Part shown: one piece after another, positions 51,283 to 60,764 of the stretch
Layout of the letters: each line of letters starts with the position of its first letter
How positions within the stretch are numbered: position 1 is the stretch's first letter
Assembly (NCBI GenBank): GCA_965226495.1
Contig: OZ245365.1
Span: forward strand, 1,408,001-1,472,000
From: Candidatus Marinacidobacterales bacterium
GTDB taxonomy: Bacteria > Acidobacteriota > Vicinamibacteria > Marinacidobacterales > DATDRI01
DNA: 64,000 nucleotides
Direction of reading: 5' to 3'
Program-made: the position numbers and the translations under genes
The notes under the pieces: generated by a model
Told to the model about the DNA's origin: nothing
Databases searched by the model: none
Seen by the model: the letters and a program-made list of their open reading frames with translations, nothing else

Positions 51283-51822
51283 ATGGACCTTATCAAGACC
51301 ATAGGTGCGAGTCGCATCGCCCTGACAACGGTGGATCAAGTGGTCAACTGGGCTCGGCTCTCCGCCCTATGGCCGATGACTTTCGGTCTCGCGTGCTGCG
51401 CCATCGAGATGATGGCTGCCGGTGCCAGTCGTTTCGATTGGGACCGATTGGGCATGATTCCCCGGGCAACACCGCGTCAATCCGATTTGATGATTGTGGC
51501 CGGGACCGTCACCCATAAGATGGCGATCCGAATCAAGAGACTCTACGAGCAAATGGCCGAGCCGAAGTACGTGATCTCCATGGGGAGCTGCTCCAACAAC
51601 GGGGGACCGTACTGGCAGTACGGATATCACGTGGTCAAGGGTGTTGACCTCGTCATCCCGGTCGATATCTACGTCCCCGGTTGCCCGCCACGGCCCGAAG
51701 CGCTCTTGTACGGTGTGATGAAGCTTCAAGATGTCATTCGAGAGCGTTCGCTCATGGACGATCCCCGCGAAGGAAGACAAGGAACGCATGACGAGCCGGT
51801 CGAGGCGGCGACAAAAGCATGA
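51283..51822 (+). CDS. nuoB: Complex I subunit B
   Basis: [26 protein letters not shown]. Confidence 0.97.
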   Translation: MDLIKTIGASRIALTTVDQVVNWARLSALWPMTFGLACCAIEMMAAGASRFDWDRLGMIPRATPRQSDLMIVAGTVTHKMAIRIKRLYEQMAEPKYVISMGSCSNNGGPYWQYGYHVVKGVDLVIPVDIYVPGCPPRPEALLYGVMKLQDVIRERSLMDDPREGRQGTHDEPVEAATKA

Positions 51823-52358
51823 CGGCTTCCGACATCCAGCAAAGACTCGAGCAGAAGTTTCCCGGAAAGATCAAACGATCCGAGCTCGAGGTCGTCGATC
51901 CCTTCATTGTCGTGGAGGGCACCGCCATCGCCGAAATTTGTGGGTGGCTTCGCCACGATCCGGGGATGGCCTTCGATACGCTTCACTGCCTTTCGGGCGC
52001 CGACTACCCCAAGGAAGAGAAGATGGAGGTGGTCTATCACCTCTTCTCCCTGAAGCATCGACACTGGATCGTTCTCAAGATAGAGGTTCCTCGCGAAGGA
52101 GCCAAGGTGCCGACGGTCGAGAACGTGTGGAAGACGGCCAACTGGCACGAGCGTGAGGCATACGACCTCTACGGTGTCTGGTTCGACGGCCACAGCGACC
52201 CTCGCCGCATTTTGCTGCCCGATGACTGGGAAGGACACCCCCTCAAGAAGGATTGGGAGTGGCCGGAAGAGTGGCACGGCATTCCCGTCAAACCCGGGAA
52301 GCAAATGGTCCAAAGAGTTAAGGAGGGCGAGAAACTCGGAGTGGGTCCCTTTGATTAA
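51819..52358 (+). CDS. nuoC: Complex I subunit C
   Basis: [26 protein letters not shown]. Confidence 0.95.
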   Translation: MTASDIQQRLEQKFPGKIKRSELEVVDPFIVVEGTAIAEICGWLRHDPGMAFDTLHCLSGADYPKEEKMEVVYHLFSLKHRHWIVLKIEVPREGAKVPTVENVWKTANWHEREAYDLYGVWFDGHSDPRRILLPDDWEGHPLKKDWEWPEEWHGIPVKPGKQMVQRVKEGEKLGVGPFD

Positions 52359-52384
52359 GCCGAGTCACGGCCCGACCGGCCGGA

Positions 52385-52462
52385 GAGCCTTAAGCCCGCG
52401 CGAAGTCGCTTGCCGACGAAGCGCGACGGCTTGGGGGTGGGGCCCCAGGCCACTGAACAAAG
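52385..52462. repeat. Structured short repeat (GGGGGTGGGGCCCC family), copy 2, in the nuoC-nuoD spacer
   Basis: Aligns with 30877-30964, with compensatory stem changes. Confidence 0.75.
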
Positions 52463-52478
52463 AGATGGACTAGCAATC

Positions 52479-53648
52479 GTGACAGTAGAAAAGCAGATCC
52501 CCTGGTCAGAGGAGACGCCGACCTTCAGCATCGAGGCGTACCAGGGGGACGACATGATCCTCAACATGGGTCCGCAGCATCCGTCTACCCATGGTGTGCT
52601 TCGGTTAGAGCTTCTCACGGATGGCGAGGTGGTCAAGGAGGCTCGCCCGCACATTGGCTACCTACATCGTAATTTCGAGAAGCACGCCGAGAATATCGAT
52701 TACCCCGGTATCATTCCTTTCACCGATCGGATGGATTACGTCGCCTCGATGGCCAATAGCCTTACTTTTGCTCTGACCATCGAAAAGTTGATGGGCATCC
52801 AAGTCAATGACCGCGTCAACACCATCAGGGTGTTAATGGCGGAGCTCCAGAGGATCGCGAGTCATCTGCTCTCGGTGGGGACATACGGAATCGATATCGG
52901 TGCCTTTACACCCTTTCTTCACTGTTTTCGGGATCGAGAGATGGTACTCGATCTCTTCGAATGGCTTTGTGGCGCACGGCTCCTTTACAACTACAACTGG
53001 GTAGGTGGTGTTTCTCACGACCTACCCGATGGCTGGGTAGCAAAATGCCGACACTTCGTCGATCAGTTCGGACACACGATTGACGAAGTAGATCAGCTGT
53101 TGAGTTTCAACAAGATTTTCACCAAACGCACCGCAACCGTCGGCATTCTCCCTCCCGACCTGGCCGTGAACTATGCGATTAGCGGCCCCAATCTTCGCGG
53201 CTCGGGCATAAAATGGGATATCCGCAAGGAAGAGCCCTACTGCGGGTACGAGAACTACGATTTCGAGGTCCCGATCGGCACCGCAGAGCATGGGCCCATC
53301 GGCTCGTGCTGGGACCGGTACTACGTCCGCGTTCTCGAAATGCGCGAGAGCTGCAAGATCATTCTGCAGGCGCTGGATCGGCTGCCGGAAGGCGATGTGC
53401 ACGAGCACGTTCCGAAGCGGGTCAAGCCCGCGAAGGGTGAGGCCTATTTCCGAACCGAGACGCCCCGCGGGGAGCTCGCCTACTACGTGGTGAGTGAAGG
53501 TGGCCTCATTCCGTCTCGCGTCAAGGGGCGCTCGCCCTGTTTCGTGGCGATGAGTGTTTTCGAGGAGATCGCCCGTGGCGAGATGATCGCGGACATGGTG
53601 GCCATTATCGGGAGTTTGGATATCGTCCTCGGGGAGATCGATCGCTAA
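52479..53648 (+). CDS. nuoD: Complex I subunit D
   Basis: NMGPQHPSTHGVLR, GYLHR, DRMDY, IVLGEIDR; no NiFe CxxC motifs; start probably GTG at 52479. Confidence 0.96.
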   Translation: MTVEKQIPWSEETPTFSIEAYQGDDMILNMGPQHPSTHGVLRLELLTDGEVVKEARPHIGYLHRNFEKHAENIDYPGIIPFTDRMDYVASMANSLTFALTIEKLMGIQVNDRVNTIRVLMAELQRIASHLLSVGTYGIDIGAFTPFLHCFRDREMVLDLFEWLCGARLLYNYNWVGGVSHDLPDGWVAKCRHFVDQFGHTIDEVDQLLSFNKIFTKRTATVGILPPDLAVNYAISGPNLRGSGIKWDIRKEEPYCGYENYDFEVPIGTAEHGPIGSCWDRYYVRVLEMRESCKIILQALDRLPEGDVHEHVPKRVKPAKGEAYFRTETPRGELAYYVVSEGGLIPSRVKGRSPCFVAMSVFEEIARGEMIADMVAIIGSLDIVLGEIDR

Positions 53649-54793
53649 TGATTACGCGCCAGCGGCAGATCGAGATGAAGATTCTGCCGGTGGTCTCGGC
53701 CGTCGTCGTCATTGGCGCTGCGGGGCTTGTCATCGCCATCGGGGCGCTCCCGGCCATCGCAGGTTTGGTAGCCGGTGTGATCGAGTCCTACGTACCAGAG
53801 GAGTTGCGCCCGGCCGTAGGGAGGGGGCTTGGCGTCGCCGCGATCGTGGGATTCCTGTCGCAGTTTCCCATCTTTGCCATCTGGTTCGAACGAAAGGTGG
53901 CCGCCCACACTCAAGATCGACTCGGGCCGATGCGGGTCGGTTGGCACGGCGTGCTGCAGAGCTTTGCCGACGGCATCAAGCTACTCTTCAAGGAAGACAT
54001 CATCCCTGCAGAAGGTGACAAACCGCTCTTCCGTTTGGCGCCCTACCTGGTGGTGGCCGGCACTTTCGCCGCCTTTGCAGTGATTCCCTGGGCAGACGGT
54101 CTGGTGGTCTCGGACCTCAACATCGGTCTTCTGTATATCGTAGCCATCGGCTCGTTCAATACGATCGGCATCTTGATGGCGGGTTGGGCATCCAACAACA
54201 AGTACTCGCTCTTTGGTGGCATGCGTTCGGCGGCGCAACTCATCAGTTACGAAATCCCGACGGTGCTCACGCTTCTCGTCGTGATCGTGCAAGTGGGGAG
54301 CCTGAGCCTCCAAGATGTGGTGGTCGCCCAACAGGGAGGCGTTTTCAACTGGTTTCTGTTCCGAATGTTTCCGGTCAACCTCATCGCCTTCGTCGTGTTC
54401 TTTATTTGCGGGCTAGCAGAGGCGAACCGCACTCCGTTCGACCTGCCGGAAGCAGAATCGGAGTTGGTGGCCGGTTTCCATACGGAATACAGCGGAATGC
54501 GATTCGCGTTTTTCTTTCTTGCCGAGTACGGCGCGATGTTCTTGGTCAGCGCGCTGACCGCGGTGCTCTTTCTCGGCGGATGGCAAGGGTTTCTCGCCGA
54601 GCCGCTGATACCCGGCTCGCTGCTGTTCGTGACGAAAACGATGTTCTTGGTATTCGTTCAGATGTGGGTTCGTTGGACGCTGCCGCGCCTGCGAGTCGAC
54701 CAGCTGATGGCCATGTGCTGGAAGTATTTGATCCCGATCGGATTCGTGCTCCTGATCGTGGCGGCTTTCTTTTCTCTAGAGTTCGAGGCCTAG
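53648..54793 (+). CDS. nuoH: Complex I subunit H
   Basis: ERKVAA..QDRLGP, NRTPFDLPEAESELV, PRLRVDQLM. Confidence 0.96.
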   Translation: MITRQRQIEMKILPVVSAVVVIGAAGLVIAIGALPAIAGLVAGVIESYVPEELRPAVGRGLGVAAIVGFLSQFPIFAIWFERKVAAHTQDRLGPMRVGWHGVLQSFADGIKLLFKEDIIPAEGDKPLFRLAPYLVVAGTFAAFAVIPWADGLVVSDLNIGLLYIVAIGSFNTIGILMAGWASNNKYSLFGGMRSAAQLISYEIPTVLTLLVVIVQVGSLSLQDVVVAQQGGVFNWFLFRMFPVNLIAFVVFFICGLAEANRTPFDLPEAESELVAGFHTEYSGMRFAFFFLAEYGAMFLVSALTAVLFLGGWQGFLAEPLIPGSLLFVTKTMFLVFVQMWVRWTLPRLRVDQLMAMCWKYLIPIGFVLLIVAAFFSLEFEA

Positions 54794-54800
54794 GAGACCG

Positions 54801-55337
54801 ATGAAAACGTATTTCACCGACATGTACGAGGCCGTCGTTTCGGTGGCCAAGGGCATGGCAGTAACTCTGAAACATCTCTTCAAGCCTTCTGTAACGCAGC
54901 AGTACGCGGCCGACGAAAAACCGGAGGAGCGCTGGAAGTCTCTCTTGGTACCCGAGGGACTGCTCAATGAGCGCTCCCGGATGAGACTCCACGTCAAGAT
55001 CGAGGATTGCATCGGCTGCAAGCAGTGCGAGAGAGCTTGTCCGGTCGATTGTATCTACATTACCGCCGAAAAGCGGGAAAAGGACGCGGCGCCGATCTTT
55101 GCTACCGACGGAACGGCCATTAAGCTCAACGTGCCGCAATTCGACATCGATATGTCGCTCTGCTGCTACTGTGCGCTCTGTGTCTACCCTTGCCCCACGG
55201 ATTGCATCGTGATGACACCGGAGTATGAGTTTGCCGAGAGCGTAAAGGGGAATCTGCTCTATCGGTACGCCAAAGATGAACCTAACCCGCCCGCGCCCGA
55301 GAAGGGGCCGGTGCCCGCGGCGGCGGGAGGAGAGTAG
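54801..55337 (+). CDS. nuoI: Complex I subunit I
   Basis: CIGCKQCERACP and CCYCALCVYPCP. Confidence 0.93.
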   Translation: MKTYFTDMYEAVVSVAKGMAVTLKHLFKPSVTQQYAADEKPEERWKSLLVPEGLLNERSRMRLHVKIEDCIGCKQCERACPVDCIYITAEKREKDAAPIFATDGTAIKLNVPQFDIDMSLCCYCALCVYPCPTDCIVMTPEYEFAESVKGNLLYRYAKDEPNPPAPEKGPVPAAAGGE

Positions 55338-55346
55338 TAGCTGGCC

Positions 55347-55856
55347 ATGGGAGAGCTCGCGACCCAAATCGTTTTTTACACGTTCGCGACCCTTGTCGTG
55401 GGCTCGGCGGCGCTCGTCGTCCTGGGTCGAAACCTGGTTCATTCCGCCTTCGCTCTGCTGGCTACGTTTTTCGGCGTTGCGGTCTTCTACGTTTTGCTGG
55501 GCGCCGATCTTCTTGCCGGCGCACAAGTACTTATATACGTCGGCGGAATCCTCATCTTGTTGCTCTTCGGTGTCATGCTGACCCACCGGGTCTACGGGAT
55601 GAGTCTTCAGGCGGCGACCATCCAGTTTTGGCCGGGGTTGGGCGTTGCTACCGCGGTATTCTTGACGATCGCTTACCTCATCTACCGGACGCCTTGGAGA
55701 CAGTTGGGATTCGGGGCCTTCGAGGGACCCACGACGGCGAGTATCGGCGAACTGTTCATGACCAAGTACATCCTGCCTTTCGAAGCGGCATCGGTGTTGC
55801 TGTTGATAGCCCTGATAGGCGCCGCGATGATGGTTCGGCGGAGGTCCGACCTGTGA
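55347..55856 (+). CDS. nuoJ: Complex I subunit J
   Basis: QVLIYVGGI, PFEAASVLLL. Confidence 0.93.
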   Translation: MGELATQIVFYTFATLVVGSAALVVLGRNLVHSAFALLATFFGVAVFYVLLGADLLAGAQVLIYVGGILILLLFGVMLTHRVYGMSLQAATIQFWPGLGVATAVFLTIAYLIYRTPWRQLGFGAFEGPTTASIGELFMTKYILPFEAASVLLLIALIGAAMMVRRRSDL

Positions 55857-56158
55857 TCCCTCTCGAACACTACTTGATGGTCTCGGCGGCCCTCTTCTCA
55901 CTTGGTTTGCTAGGCGTGCTGACGCGGAAAAATGCGGTCCACGTCTTGATGTCCATCGAGTTGATTTTCAACTCCGCCAACATCAATTTGGTCGCTTTTT
56001 CACGCTTTTCATCTTCCGATCTCTCCGGTCAGGTATTTGCGGTGTTCGTCATGGTCATTGCAGCCGCCGAGGCGGCGGTGGCATTGGCTATCGTTCTCTC
56101 TCTCTACCGGATCATGAAGAGCGTGAACCTGGATGAGGCCACGGCCCTCAGAGGATAG
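55853..56158 (+). CDS. nuoK: Complex I subunit K
   Basis: MSIELIFN, AAAEAAVALA; GTG start overlaps the nuoJ stop. Confidence 0.93.
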   Translation: MIPLEHYLMVSAALFSLGLLGVLTRKNAVHVLMSIELIFNSANINLVAFSRFSSSDLSGQVFAVFVMVIAAAEAAVALAIVLSLYRIMKSVNLDEATALRG

Positions 56159-56163
56159 GCACG

Positions 56164-57672
56164 ATGGCGCTCGGAACGATTGACAGTCTCAAATACTTTC
56201 TGCCGGAGCTGATCTTGGTGTGGGCTCTTGCCGTCGTAATCGTAGTCGATCTCGCCCTTAAGGGGCGACAGGATCGGCGGTGGGGTACGGCGCTGATCGC
56301 CCTAGCAGGTTTGGTTCTAGCGGGGTTCTATACGATCACATTGGGTGATGCGCCCCAAGGCACGCTCTTCACTAGGATGGTCGTCCTCGACCACTTTGGC
56401 GTGCTGCTCCGCGCTTTGTTCATCCTGACCGCCATCCTAGTCCTGCTACTGTCCCTTCCGTCGCGCGAGCTGTCGAAGTTGAACCAAGGAGAATTCTTCG
56501 CGCTGCTTCTGGCGGTGACCGTATCCATGATGTGGATGGCAAACTCCATCAATCTCCTCATGATTTACCTGTCGCTGGAGATGGTATCCGTTTGCTCATA
56601 CATCATGGTCGGTTACTTGAAGGGGGAACGACTCTCGAACGAGGCGTCGCTCAAGTACATCTTGTTCGGCGCGATCGCGACCGGAACTATGCTCTACGGT
56701 CTGTCGCTACTCTACGGACTCACTGGAACGCTTGATCTTTATGAGATCCGTGCCGCCCTTGTGGGCCAAGGGACGGCAAGCGAGGCAGGACCGGCGCTGC
56801 TGTTCATCGTGATTCTGGTGCTCGCCGGGATCGGTTTCAAGACCGCCGTAGTGCCGTTTCATTTTTGGTGTCCGGATGTTTATACGGGCGCTCCGACGGC
56901 GGTGACGGCGTTCCTGTCGGTCGGGCCCAAGGTGGCTGGGTTCGCGGTGCTCATTCGGTTCTTCTTCGGTGGCTTCGCGCAGCCTGTAGAGGGCACTGCC
57001 GAGATGGTCCAGATGGTTGGTCCGGTCAATTGGCAGGTGATTCTAATCGGCATGTCGGTCATCACCATGACGCTGGGGAATGTGGCAGCGCTTCTCCAAT
57101 CGAACATCAAACGACTGCTGGCGTACTCGAGCATTGCTCACGCGGGGTACATTTTGATGGGGGCGGTGGTTCTTTCCGAGGACGGCATCCAGGCCATGCT
57201 GGCCTACATGGTCATCTACTTGTTCATGAACCTGGGAGCTTTTCTAGTCGTGATCGTCGTCCACGAAAACGTGGGGAGCTTCGACATCAAGGACTACGCG
57301 GGCATTTGGAAACGCTCGCCGATGTTGACCATTGCGATGGCTATCTTCCTCTTGTCGTTGATGGGAATCCCGCCGTTTGCCGGCTTTCTGGCGAAGTTCT
57401 ACATATTCGCGGCGGTAATCCGGGCCGGACTCGGTTGGTTCGCGGTGGTCGGCGTCTTGAATGCCGCAATCGCTGCCTATTACTACATGAAGATAATCGC
57501 GACCATGGTCATCGAAGTCGACCCGAGCGGCGATTCCCGCCAACTGGAGCTTCATCCGATATATACTGGGTTGCTCTTTGTCTTGCTAGTGCCTAATGTA
57601 TTCGGCCTCATATTATGGGGCTACTTGGATCGAATAACTGAATACTCGACGAAGGTCTTGGAAACCTTCTAA
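56164..57672 (+). CDS. nuoN: Complex I subunit N
   Basis: EASLKY, FKTAVVPFHFWCPDVYTGAPT, KRLLAYSSIAHAGY, GIPPFAGFLAKF. Confidence 0.93.
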   Translation: MALGTIDSLKYFLPELILVWALAVVIVVDLALKGRQDRRWGTALIALAGLVLAGFYTITLGDAPQGTLFTRMVVLDHFGVLLRALFILTAILVLLLSLPSRELSKLNQGEFFALLLAVTVSMMWMANSINLLMIYLSLEMVSVCSYIMVGYLKGERLSNEASLKYILFGAIATGTMLYGLSLLYGLTGTLDLYEIRAALVGQGTASEAGPALLFIVILVLAGIGFKTAVVPFHFWCPDVYTGAPTAVTAFLSVGPKVAGFAVLIRFFFGGFAQPVEGTAEMVQMVGPVNWQVILIGMSVITMTLGNVAALLQSNIKRLLAYSSIAHAGYILMGAVVLSEDGIQAMLAYMVIYLFMNLGAFLVVIVVHENVGSFDIKDYAGIWKRSPMLTIAMAIFLLSLMGIPPFAGFLAKFYIFAAVIRAGLGWFAVVGVLNAAIAAYYYMKIIATMVIEVDPSGDSRQLELHPIYTGLLFVLLVPNVFGLILWGYLDRITEYSTKVLETF

Positions 57673-57693
57673 TCTGTAAGGAGGATAAGGACA

Positions 57694-57954
57694 ATGGCTT
57701 ACATCATCGCTGAGCCTTGCATCGGGACGAAGGACACCGCCTGCGTGGAGGTATGCCCGGTTGATTGCATTCACCCCATGAAGGATGCGGAGGGGTTCGA
57801 GGCCGCAGAACAGCTCTACATCGATAACGAGACCTGCATCGACTGCGGGGCTTGTGAACCGGTCTGCCCGGTGACCGCCATCTTTCCCGAAGAAGAGTTG
57901 CCCGACAAGTGGAAGGATTACGTCGAGAAGAACGCTGCCTACTTCGCTAAGTAG
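57694..57954 (+). CDS. fdxA: Ferredoxin (7Fe FdxA-like)
   Basis: C-x7-CVEVCPVDC and CIDCGACEPVCP; RBS AAGGAGG. Confidence 0.9.
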   Translation: MAYIIAEPCIGTKDTACVEVCPVDCIHPMKDAEGFEAAEQLYIDNETCIDCGACEPVCPVTAIFPEEELPDKWKDYVEKNAAYFAK

Positions 57955-58145
57955 GGTTCTGCAGAACGACTCAACCCAATAAAGCCTCCTCGAATCCTTT
58001 CGTCAGGCCAAGACGTCATTCGTGACCGAGCCGCCCCGCCCGGGGCCGGCTGCGGGCCGTGGTATGATGGGATTCGGTGGAGGCATTTCTTTTCGGAGAG
58101 CTTTCGTTAGTCGGCGGTAACCTTGCTGAAGCAAGAGGTGACGTG

Positions 58146-58469
58146 ATGTCGAACAACAGTGGAGACAATTTTTTGGTTGGCTTTTTTGTCGGCGCCGCCA
58201 TCGGAGTCATGGGAGCACTCCTTTTGGCACCTAAGGCTCGCAAAGAGCTACAGGACACTTTGGCGGAGGAAGGTAAGAAGCTCAGGGACAAGGCGGAGAG
58301 CACATTGTCCGAGCTGCGCGAGCGTGGGGAAGAACTGTACGGTCAAGGTCAGGCGGCCTACGGCGAGGCGGCGGAAGGCGTCGCGAAGGCGTCGCGTACC
58401 GGCGAATCGGCCTATGGTGAGGCGGCGGAAGGCGTGAAGAAGGCGGCCCGCAGCTTCTCCAAAAACTGA
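58146..58469 (+). CDS. YtxH-domain protein
   Basis: FLVGFFVGAAIG..ALLLAPK..RKEL followed by a helical, Ala/Glu-rich tail. Confidence 0.8.
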   Translation: MSNNSGDNFLVGFFVGAAIGVMGALLLAPKARKELQDTLAEEGKKLRDKAESTLSELRERGEELYGQGQAAYGEAAEGVAKASRTGESAYGEAAEGVKKAARSFSKN

Positions 58470-58473
58470 ACTT

Positions 58474-58917
58474 ATGCGGGAACCCGGCCCCACGGTGGCT
58501 GACGTGCCTGACGTGCCTGACGTGCCTGACGTGAATGACGTGCCTGAATTAGAGCAGACGACACCGGAAGCTCAAACCGGGGCACCTCCGAGTCCCCCCG
58601 ATTCCGAAGCCCCGTCCACCTTCGAATTAGCGCGGCGGATTCTCGTCGGTGTGGTGCAAGCGATCGAGGACGGAGCCAATCTGGTCGGTGCTTCCCTCAG
58701 GGAGGAGCTCGGCCGATTCCGGGAAGGCGCGGTTCGCACCCTCATCGCCGTCGCCTTGTTGGCCACCGGCGGTGGGCTTGCCACGGCCGGTGTTGCTTTG
58801 CTGCTACACCGATGGATCGGCTCGTGGTCACCCGTGCTGTTGGTGATGGGTGGCGTCTATTTGGTAGCCGGGTTCTGGCTCTTGCACGTCAGCAGCGCTA
58901 AAGGGGATGACGCGTGA
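58474..58917 (+). CDS. Two-TM membrane protein (holin-like/YqjE-like) with N-terminal PDV repeats
   Basis: EL..R then two TM helices; GACGTGCCT tandem repeats at 58501-58545. Confidence 0.6.
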   Translation: MREPGPTVADVPDVPDVPDVNDVPELEQTTPEAQTGAPPSPPDSEAPSTFELARRILVGVVQAIEDGANLVGASLREELGRFREGAVRTLIAVALLATGGGLATAGVALLLHRWIGSWSPVLLVMGGVYLVAGFWLLHVSSAKGDDA

Positions 58918-59228
58918 GCGGGGAGAACGGGGATAGAAGGACCGCTCGGGAGCTCCGGGAGGCTCTCGCCAACAATCGGGCTCGGATCGAAGCCGATCTT
59001 TCCGCGATGGAAAGTCGCGTCAACGAGAGCTTGAATCCGGTGAACGTCGTGCGTCGCCATCCGGCCCTGATGGCTGGAGCAGGGGCGGTGCTTGGCATCT
59101 TCATCGTAAGGCGCCCTGCCATGTTCGCCCGAGCTCTCGGGCAGATCGCCGGCTGGGGTGCCCCGATGCTCTTCTCGGCGCTCGTAAAAGGAACTGGGTT
59201 GAAGTCGGGACGGGGACCTGCAGACTAG
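58914..59228 (+). CDS. Hypothetical protein (DUF3618/YqjK-like)
   Basis: Coiled N-terminus, RRHP plus a hydrophobic segment; overlaps the upstream stop. Confidence 0.55.
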   Translation: MSGENGDRRTARELREALANNRARIEADLSAMESRVNESLNPVNVVRRHPALMAGAGAVLGIFIVRRPAMFARALGQIAGWGAPMLFSALVKGTGLKSGRGPAD

Positions 59229-59249
59229 ACCGGCTCACGCTGACCAAGA

Positions 59250-60764
59250 ATGTCTAGATCTTGCCGAAAGGCGCACTGCTTAGCCCGAGCTGTCTACCCT
59301 TTCCAGCATAGCTCGTTCCTCAGCCTCATTTTCCTCTCCGCGCTTGCCTGCGCGACGAACCCGGCGACCGGTAAGAAAGACCTCGTCCTGGTCAGTGAAG
59401 CCCAAGAAATCGAGATGGGCGCGTCCGGCGATCGTCAGGTGACCCAGAGCATGGGTCTCTATGACGATGAACACTTGGCTTCCTATGTCTCCGACATCGG
59501 GCTCCGGCTCGCCCGAAACACCGAAAGGCCGGACCTGCCCTGGAAAGTCCAGGTGATCGACTCGCCGGTGGTCAATGCCTTTGCGATTCCGGGCGGGTAC
59601 GTCTACTTGACGCGCGGCATTCTGGCCTACATGAACAGCGAAGCGGCCATGGTGGGGATTCTTGGACACGAGATCGGACACATCACGGCTCGACATAGCG
59701 TGCAGCAGATTTCTCGAGCTCAGTTAGCGGGAATAGGCCTCGGGGTGGGGTCGATCGTGGTACCCGAGGTGCGCCCCTTCGGGGACTTGCTGCAGACTGG
59801 AGTGGGGCTGTTGTTCATGAAGTTCAGCCGAGATGACGAGCGGGAGGCCGACAAGCTCGGAGTACGTTATTCGCTGGCAGCGGGATACGACGCAAGGGAG
59901 ATGGCGGCCTTCTTCCAGGTTCTCGACCGAATGGGTGAGCGGTCGGGCAACGACCTACCGGGCTGGCTCTCCACTCACCCCAATCCCGAGGATCGGGAGG
60001 AACGGATACTCCAGTTGGTGCAGGAGAAGGCGCCGGACCGCTCGCTCGCAGTGAGGGGAGAAGAGTTCAAGCGACAGCTCGAGGGAACGACCTTCGGGGA
60101 GAACCCTCGCGAGGGGTTTATGGACGGAAACCGATTCAAACACCCTGATTTGCGCTTCCAGCTGGATCTCCCGACGGGTTGGAACGTGCAAAACACGCCC
60201 CGGGCCGTTTACGCCGCGCCTCCCGAGCGTGACGCCGCTCTTCAGCTTACCGGGAGCAGCGTAGAGGAAGGAACGCGTCCGGAACAGTACGCCACGCGCT
60301 TTTTCCAGCAGAACAAGATCGAATTCGGAACCGGCGAGCGGATTCGAGTCGGCGGGTTTCCGGCTTACCGGGCTCCTTTTCGTTTTCAGTCGTCGCAAGG
60401 TGTGCTGACCGGGGAGGCTGGCTTCGTCGTGGACGGGGAAACAGCCTACGAAATCTTGGGCTATACCTACGAACAACGCTACCGAAGTTACCGGAAGACC
60501 TTCCATACCGTCATCGAGAGCTTTGCTCGTCTCACCGATGGTCGAGCGCTCGACATCCAGCCCCACCGCATCGCCCTCTACTCCGCCCCGCGCACGACGA
60601 CTGCAAGGAAGGCCTTTCTGGATTCGGGAGCCAAGGACGAATCGATCGACGAGTTAACCTTGCTCAACAACCTTCAGCCGGACTCGCGCGTCGAGGCGGG
60701 AACGCTCCTCAAGATCGTCGACCCACCCCTCAGCCGTAAACCCGGCAGATCGAACCGACCGTGA
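59250..60764 (+). CDS. M48 family metalloprotease, lipoprotein
   Basis: LACATNPATG, NAFAIPGG, HEIGH, FSRDDEREAD, STHP. Confidence 0.92.
   Translation: MSRSCRKAHCLARAVYPFQHSSFLSLIFLSALACATNPATGKKDLVLVSEAQEIEMGASGDRQVTQSMGLYDDEHLASYVSDIGLRLARNTERPDLPWKVQVIDSPVVNAFAIPGGYVYLTRGILAYMNSEAAMVGILGHEIGHITARHSVQQISRAQLAGIGLGVGSIVVPEVRPFGDLLQTGVGLLFMKFSRDDEREADKLGVRYSLAAGYDAREMAAFFQVLDRMGERSGNDLPGWLSTHPNPEDREERILQLVQEKAPDRSLAVRGEEFKRQLEGTTFGENPREGFMDGNRFKHPDLRFQLDLPTGWNVQNTPRAVYAAPPERDAALQLTGSSVEEGTRPEQYATRFFQQNKIEFGTGERIRVGGFPAYRAPFRFQSSQGVLTGEAGFVVDGETAYEILGYTYEQRYRSYRKTFHTVIESFARLTDGRALDIQPHRIALYSAPRTTTARKAFLDSGAKDESIDELTLLNNLQPDSRVEAGTLLKIVDPPLSRKPGRSNRP

Noticed and set aside
52479-53648. Group 4 NiFe hydrogenase interpretation of the reduced nuo operon
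   Set aside because: The D subunit lacks both CxxC nickel-binding motifs and has the quinone-site HGVLR/DRMDY signature.
54546-55901. 451-aa antisense ORF over nuoH-K (likewise 30110..31300 and other long shadow ORFs)
   Set aside because: It lies opposite well-conserved genes and has no recognisable motifs; such shadow ORFs are expected in GC-rich DNA.
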